Source: Candidatus Bathyarchaeota archaeon (lineage in GTDB: Archaea > Thermoproteota > Bathyarchaeia > Bathyarchaeales > Bathycorpusculaceae). Taken from it: a stretch of DNA of 64,000 bases. Numbering within the stretch: position 1 is the stretch's first letter; every line of letters starts with the position of its first letter. The translations under genes and the position numbers were made by a program. The DNA lies in assembly GCA_963828195.1 (NCBI GenBank), contig CAWHDT010000008.1, positions 64,001 to 128,000 of the forward strand, given 5' to 3'. Below are positions 60,267-64,000 of this stretch, piece by piece. The notes under the pieces are model-generated. The model saw only the letters and a list, made by a program, of their open reading frames with translations, was not told the DNA's origin and did not search any database.

Positions 60267-61008
60267 AGTTTACCTTGTCGGCGCGGGTCCAGGTGACCCC
60301 AAACTGCTCACCGTGAAAGCGGCTGAGCTACTCAAGGACGCTGACATAGTCATCTATGACCGACTGGTGGGCGAGTCAATTATCGATTTAGCTCCAGAAA
60401 AAGCCGAAAAAATTTACGTTGGAAAACGAACGGGTAACCATGAGATTCCACAGGACAAAATTACTGAGCTAATAATTGAGAAAGCCAAGCTCGGCGGCAA
60501 AGTAGTCAGGCTTAAGGGCGGCGACCCATTCATTTTCGGCAGAGGCGGCGAAGAAGCCGAAGCACTCGTTGAAAAAGGCATAGCGTTTGAGGTGGTGCCC
60601 GGTGTTAGCTCTTCTGTTGCTGCGCCAATGTACGCTGGTATCCCTTTAACACATCGTGACTATGCAGCTTCAGTTGCAATAATAACGGGACACAGGGCAG
60701 GCGACGCAGAACGGGTAATAGAATGGGCTAAAATCGCCTCAGCCGTGGACACAATGGTTATTTTGATGGGTGTCGAATCGCTTAAGTCTATTGTAGAAAA
60801 GTTGGTTGAAGGCGGCTTAAAACCAGAAACACCCGTCGCAATCATCGAGTCAGGCACGCTACCTCAGCAGCGAACCATCATCGGCAAAATAGGCACAATT
60901 GCAGAGGAAGCAGAGAAAAAACAGGTCAAGCCGCCGGCAGTTATAGTTATAGGTGAAGTTGCAACCTTAGGCAGGAAACTTGCATGGTTCAAAAAGCCCT
61001 TACCTTGA
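60253..61008 (+). CDS. cobA: Uroporphyrinogen-III C-methyltransferase
   Basis: VGAGPGDP, RLKGGDPFIFGRGGEE, GIPLTHR. Confidence 0.96.
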   Translation: MAPGKVYLVGAGPGDPKLLTVKAAELLKDADIVIYDRLVGESIIDLAPEKAEKIYVGKRTGNHEIPQDKITELIIEKAKLGGKVVRLKGGDPFIFGRGGEEAEALVEKGIAFEVVPGVSSSVAAPMYAGIPLTHRDYAASVAIITGHRAGDAERVIEWAKIASAVDTMVILMGVESLKSIVEKLVEGGLKPETPVAIIESGTLPQQRTIIGKIGTIAEEAEKKQVKPPAVIVIGEVATLGRKLAWFKKPLP

Positions 61009-61853
61009 AAGGAAGAACAGTTGCCATAACCCGCCCGCAAGGTCAGGCGGAAGAAGCGGGCAAACTAATCGAGGAAAAAGGCGGCATCCCCTACTATATA
61101 CCTGCCATAGAAATCAAAGGCTTAACCAACTTTGCCCCGGTCAAAAAATTTGTCAGTGAACTGCAAAAAGCGCAGGTTGACTACACGATTTTCATGAGCA
61201 CCAACGGCGTCAAATACCTCTTCAGTGCAGCCGAAAACCTAAAGCAGTCTAGCGAATTGAAGGCGGGCTTGGCGAAGACTTTTGTTATTGCTGTTGGACC
61301 ACGAACTGCTCAAGCGCTGAAAGAGGAATACCAAGTGCACGTCGAGTTGGTCCCTTTGAAATACAGCTCTGACGGGTTAATCGAGTGCTTACAGACCAAA
61401 AAAATTTCAGGTAAAAAAATCCGTATTCCAAGAACAAGCAATGCGACGCCAACTTTAACTGAAAAGCTCAGGGAAATGGGTGCAGATGTAGAAGAAATCT
61501 ACGTTTATGAGTCAGGCTTACCTGTAGGCAATGAAATGAAAGATAGTTTTTTTAAAGATTTAACTTCTGGAAAAATTGACGCCATTGTCTTCGGCAGCGG
61601 ATTGAGCGCTAAAAACATTTTCAAAATGCTCTCAGAAAAGGCTTCGATGGAAACGCTGAGTGCCCTAATAAACGATAAAGTTACTACTGTTGCGATTGGA
61701 CCTACGACTGCCGAAGCGTTAAAAGAACTGGGAATAAAAGTTGACGTTGTGCCGCAGGACTACTTGTTTGAAGAAGCCTTAACAGCGTTAGCTCGGCACT
61801 GGGGCACTTCAAACCTGAACCAAATGAAAAGTGAAAGACAGCAAGACATTTAA
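60984..61853 (+). CDS. hemD: Uroporphyrinogen-III synthase
   Basis: AITRP, STNGV, AVGPRT, AIGPTT. Confidence 0.92.
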   Translation: MVQKALTLKGRTVAITRPQGQAEEAGKLIEEKGGIPYYIPAIEIKGLTNFAPVKKFVSELQKAQVDYTIFMSTNGVKYLFSAAENLKQSSELKAGLAKTFVIAVGPRTAQALKEEYQVHVELVPLKYSSDGLIECLQTKKISGKKIRIPRTSNATPTLTEKLREMGADVEEIYVYESGLPVGNEMKDSFFKDLTSGKIDAIVFGSGLSAKNIFKMLSEKASMETLSALINDKVTTVAIGPTTAEALKELGIKVDVVPQDYLFEEALTALARHWGTSNLNQMKSERQQDI

Positions 61854-61885
61854 ACAAAGCAAAACAAGAAGTCACTGACGTAACG

Positions 61886-62200
61886 ATGAAAGCTGACCCG
61901 TTCAAAATTACAATTGTTGCTGTTATAATAATTTCAATAGTGTCAGTAGGCATCATCACCATTGTAATGCTAAACAACTTAAACAATATACCTTCAGGGG
62001 ATAACGGAATAGTAGTTTCAAAAAACGTTGTAAATGCAAATGAAAGCGTAATTGTAATCTCAGGCGGAAAAACACTCTATATTTATAATAATGCACCGCT
62101 TTATCTTAGCCTTCAAGAAAACAAAACGTACACTTTTAATTGCCTTTTTAATTACTATACAAAAATCACGCGTATCGAAAGCGCCCAAATATCTAACTAG
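61886..62200 (+). CDS. Small membrane-anchored hypothetical protein
   Basis: N-terminal TM helix followed by a short beta-rich domain. Confidence 0.55.
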   Translation: MKADPFKITIVAVIIISIVSVGIITIVMLNNLNNIPSGDNGIVVSKNVVNANESVIVISGGKTLYIYNNAPLYLSLQENKTYTFNCLFNYYTKITRIESAQISN

Positions 62201-62232
62201 TTTTCAAGGGCAATCAGCTTCCGAACTGTGGC

Positions 62233-63030
62233 TTAGTTGTCATCGAAGCCAAATGCTTTTTCACAAGCGACAGAGGCAAAAATTTTTTCAGCATCCTCTT
62301 CTTGCTCTTTTGTGCCGGTAATGGACAGCCAGCATGACCCTTCTGCGCCGCAAACGCCGCCGGCAGCAATCAGCTCAACGTTGGCGCCGGTCAAAGCAGT
62401 CAACGCGTCTATCTCGGTAAAAACTTCGCCTGTAACGGGCATCAAACGGTAACCGCCTACTCCAGGAGCATCAAGTTTCTCCGCCAACGCGTTCAAATCG
62501 CCGTTTACCCGTTTCTCCAGACCCACGGGTATTATGAGTTTTACTCGGCGCCCCACAATCGCGGGCAAAGCCAACCCTATAGTTCCAGCTTTTGGGTGAC
62601 CGATCAAGATAGCCGCCTGTTTTCGGTCCAAGTCCAGAGCGTTTGCACCCTTCACGATAACATCGCCCTCTTTGAGCGAATCAACTACATCGCCTATCGT
62701 CTTCCCCTTCTGCCAAACACCCTTAACTATCACGACATCGCCGGGAAACTTGCTTTCGACAGCGAACCGCCCCTCAGCAGTCACACTTTTAACTGAAGGC
62801 AGAGTTATCCCGCGGAAAAAGTGTTTCCTCGAGAAATCAGTCGCAATCTGATACGTTCTTAATATTTCGTCAGCGACATATCCGTTGGTTGTTCCAGCAA
62901 CAATGACAAGTGTCCCGTTTTTGAGGGCTTTTCTTATTGCAGGGTGATTTGTCAGGGTTTTGGCGATTAAGCGTTTTCCTGCGGCGGGAGTAACTAGGAA
63001 TTGTTTCACTTTAGTTTGCTCCTTAAACAT
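62233..63030 (-). CDS. Conserved hypothetical protein
   Basis: Long ORF with [33 protein letters not shown]; function not recognised. Confidence 0.75.
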   Translation of the reverse strand: MFKEQTKVKQFLVTPAAGKRLIAKTLTNHPAIRKALKNGTLVIVAGTTNGYVADEILRTYQIATDFSRKHFFRGITLPSVKSVTAEGRFAVESKFPGDVVIVKGVWQKGKTIGDVVDSLKEGDVIVKGANALDLDRKQAAILIGHPKAGTIGLALPAIVGRRVKLIIPVGLEKRVNGDLNALAEKLDAPGVGGYRLMPVTGEVFTEIDALTALTGANVELIAAGGVCGAEGSCWLSITGTKEQEEDAEKIFASVACEKAFGFDDN

Positions 63031-63142
63031 TTAGAATGTTATTTGACACGTAAATAATAATTGCGGTTTCCAGCAACATAAAATGATAAAAAATAAAAAG
63101 AAAATAATAAGGACGAACGTGAAAGGTGTTCAGCTTATAAGC

Positions 63143-63283
63143 TTAATATCTTCTCGGTGGTCTTCGTTTTGCGTAGCACTCACGGCAATATACTGGCCTG
63201 GAGCCGTCTGGCTTGAAAGGAACGTCACATTCTTTTCCGCAGTCAGCGCAGGTTGCCTTGTGCATTTCTCTGTTATTATACAT
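63143..63283 (-). CDS. CxxC-x17-CxxC Zn-ribbon protein (46 aa), not in the ORF track
   Basis: MYNNREMHKATCADCGKECDVPFKPDGSRPVYCRECYAKRRPPRRY; AGGAG RBS. Confidence 0.92.
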   Translation of the reverse strand: MYNNREMHKATCADCGKECDVPFKPDGSRPVYCRECYAKRRPPRRY

Positions 63284-63642
63284 TCGCTATTTCAACTCCT
63301 ACTACATTTGCTGTGCAAAAATTGGTTCTTGCACAGTAACTTTAACGTGTCCTCGATGCTTATAAATTGAATGCCTACTATTTTTAGATTAAACATCAAA
63401 ATCTTGCCTGCAACCCGCTTCTTAAAAGGGGAGTTACAAGAAAGAAAGATTTTGAACCTTTTTCACGGCAGCAACTGAGCTTCATAAGTTTTCTTAAAAT
63501 TCGGTTAAAACAGCCCTTTGACCATTCAAGCTAATATAGGTACACCTCGTATAGTGTAGGCATTCAAAATATTGAGAGAAGCATGGGGAAAATTGGGCTT
63601 TGCTTCTTCTCTTGCTTTGACATTACACATGGGAGAAGAAAT

Positions 63643-64000
63643 GTGAGACAGAAAAAATCGACCTTAGGAGAGCACATTGCTCTTCTTTCAGTAAAACATA
63701 ACATTTACCCCTCGGAAGTGTTTCAAGCACTTATTAAAGCAAAAGAAAACGAAAAAGCAGTCTGCGGCAACCTTACAGTTGAATATCGGGGTAAAGTGAA
63801 AGACGAAATTATTTTTCTTATAAAGAAAGAAAATAATGCAGTGGCTCAGTTCAGAGTTGATGAACAATTTCTGTTAAGAAAGGATAATCCTTTTGAAAGC
63901 TGGATGACGACAGATAAAATATGCAAGAAAATCGCTAAACAAAATATAGATTCAGTTTTTACCTCGATTCAAGATTTGAGAGCTTGCATGAAAAGGGTTA
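63643..64000 (+). CDS. Partial gene truncated by the window end; probably leads into an OB-fold (SSB/RPA-like) domain
   Basis: Open from GTG 63643 to the end; final SIQDLRACMKRV resembles the IxDLxxGMxxV start of archaeal OB folds. Confidence 0.6.
   Translation, partial: MRQKKSTLGEHIALLSVKHNIYPSEVFQALIKAKENEKAVCGNLTVEYRGKVKDEIIFLIKKENNAVAQFRVDEQFLLRKDNPFESWMTTDKICKKIAKQNIDSVFTSIQDLRACMKRV

Noticed and set aside
63083-63370. 95-aa plus-strand ORF
   Set aside because: Shadow of the minus-strand CxxC-x17-CxxC gene

Overview
Archaeal chromosomal window. Evidence: aIF-1A, RIO1, Dim2-type KH protein, TFS, TATA-like promoters, oligo-T terminators and frequent TTG starts. The gene families are most reminiscent of Bathyarchaeia (inference from recalled families, not a search). 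Contents: (1) three paralogous ~850-900 aa membrane-anchored PQQ-like beta-propeller surface proteins, two flanking a tandem Lrp/AsnC regulator, with mosaic conserved ends; (2) an aIF-1A/RIO1/KH cluster interrupted by a frameshifted AAA ATPase; (3) a solute-binding protein plus frameshifted PAS histidine kinase; (4) a possible relic of a viral tail-assembly chaperone (in-frame GGGTTTT slippery site) around a YVTN/PEF-CTERM gene; (5) an AT-rich defence-like island at ~28-36 kb (degenerate Fic/Doc plus micro-ORF, RHH antitoxin-like protein plus 58-aa ORF, AIPR, OLD nuclease, AAA-DUF4143); (6) a MinD/HTH cluster, flippase, tRNA-Gly(GCC), ABC exporter and AbrB-VapC pair, interspersed with a dispersed ~144-bp double-palindrome repeat; (7) a ~15-kb divergent tetrapyrrole/anaerobic corrin cluster (hemA, cbiX-cbiC fusion, cbiDETLFGH; domain-permuted CbiA-like protein, sirC, hemBLC, cobA, hemD). 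Several small ORFs missing from the ORF track and about five single-base frameshifts were found by hand. No CRISPR array, rRNA, integrase or transposase was seen. All calls come from motif recognition by eye.
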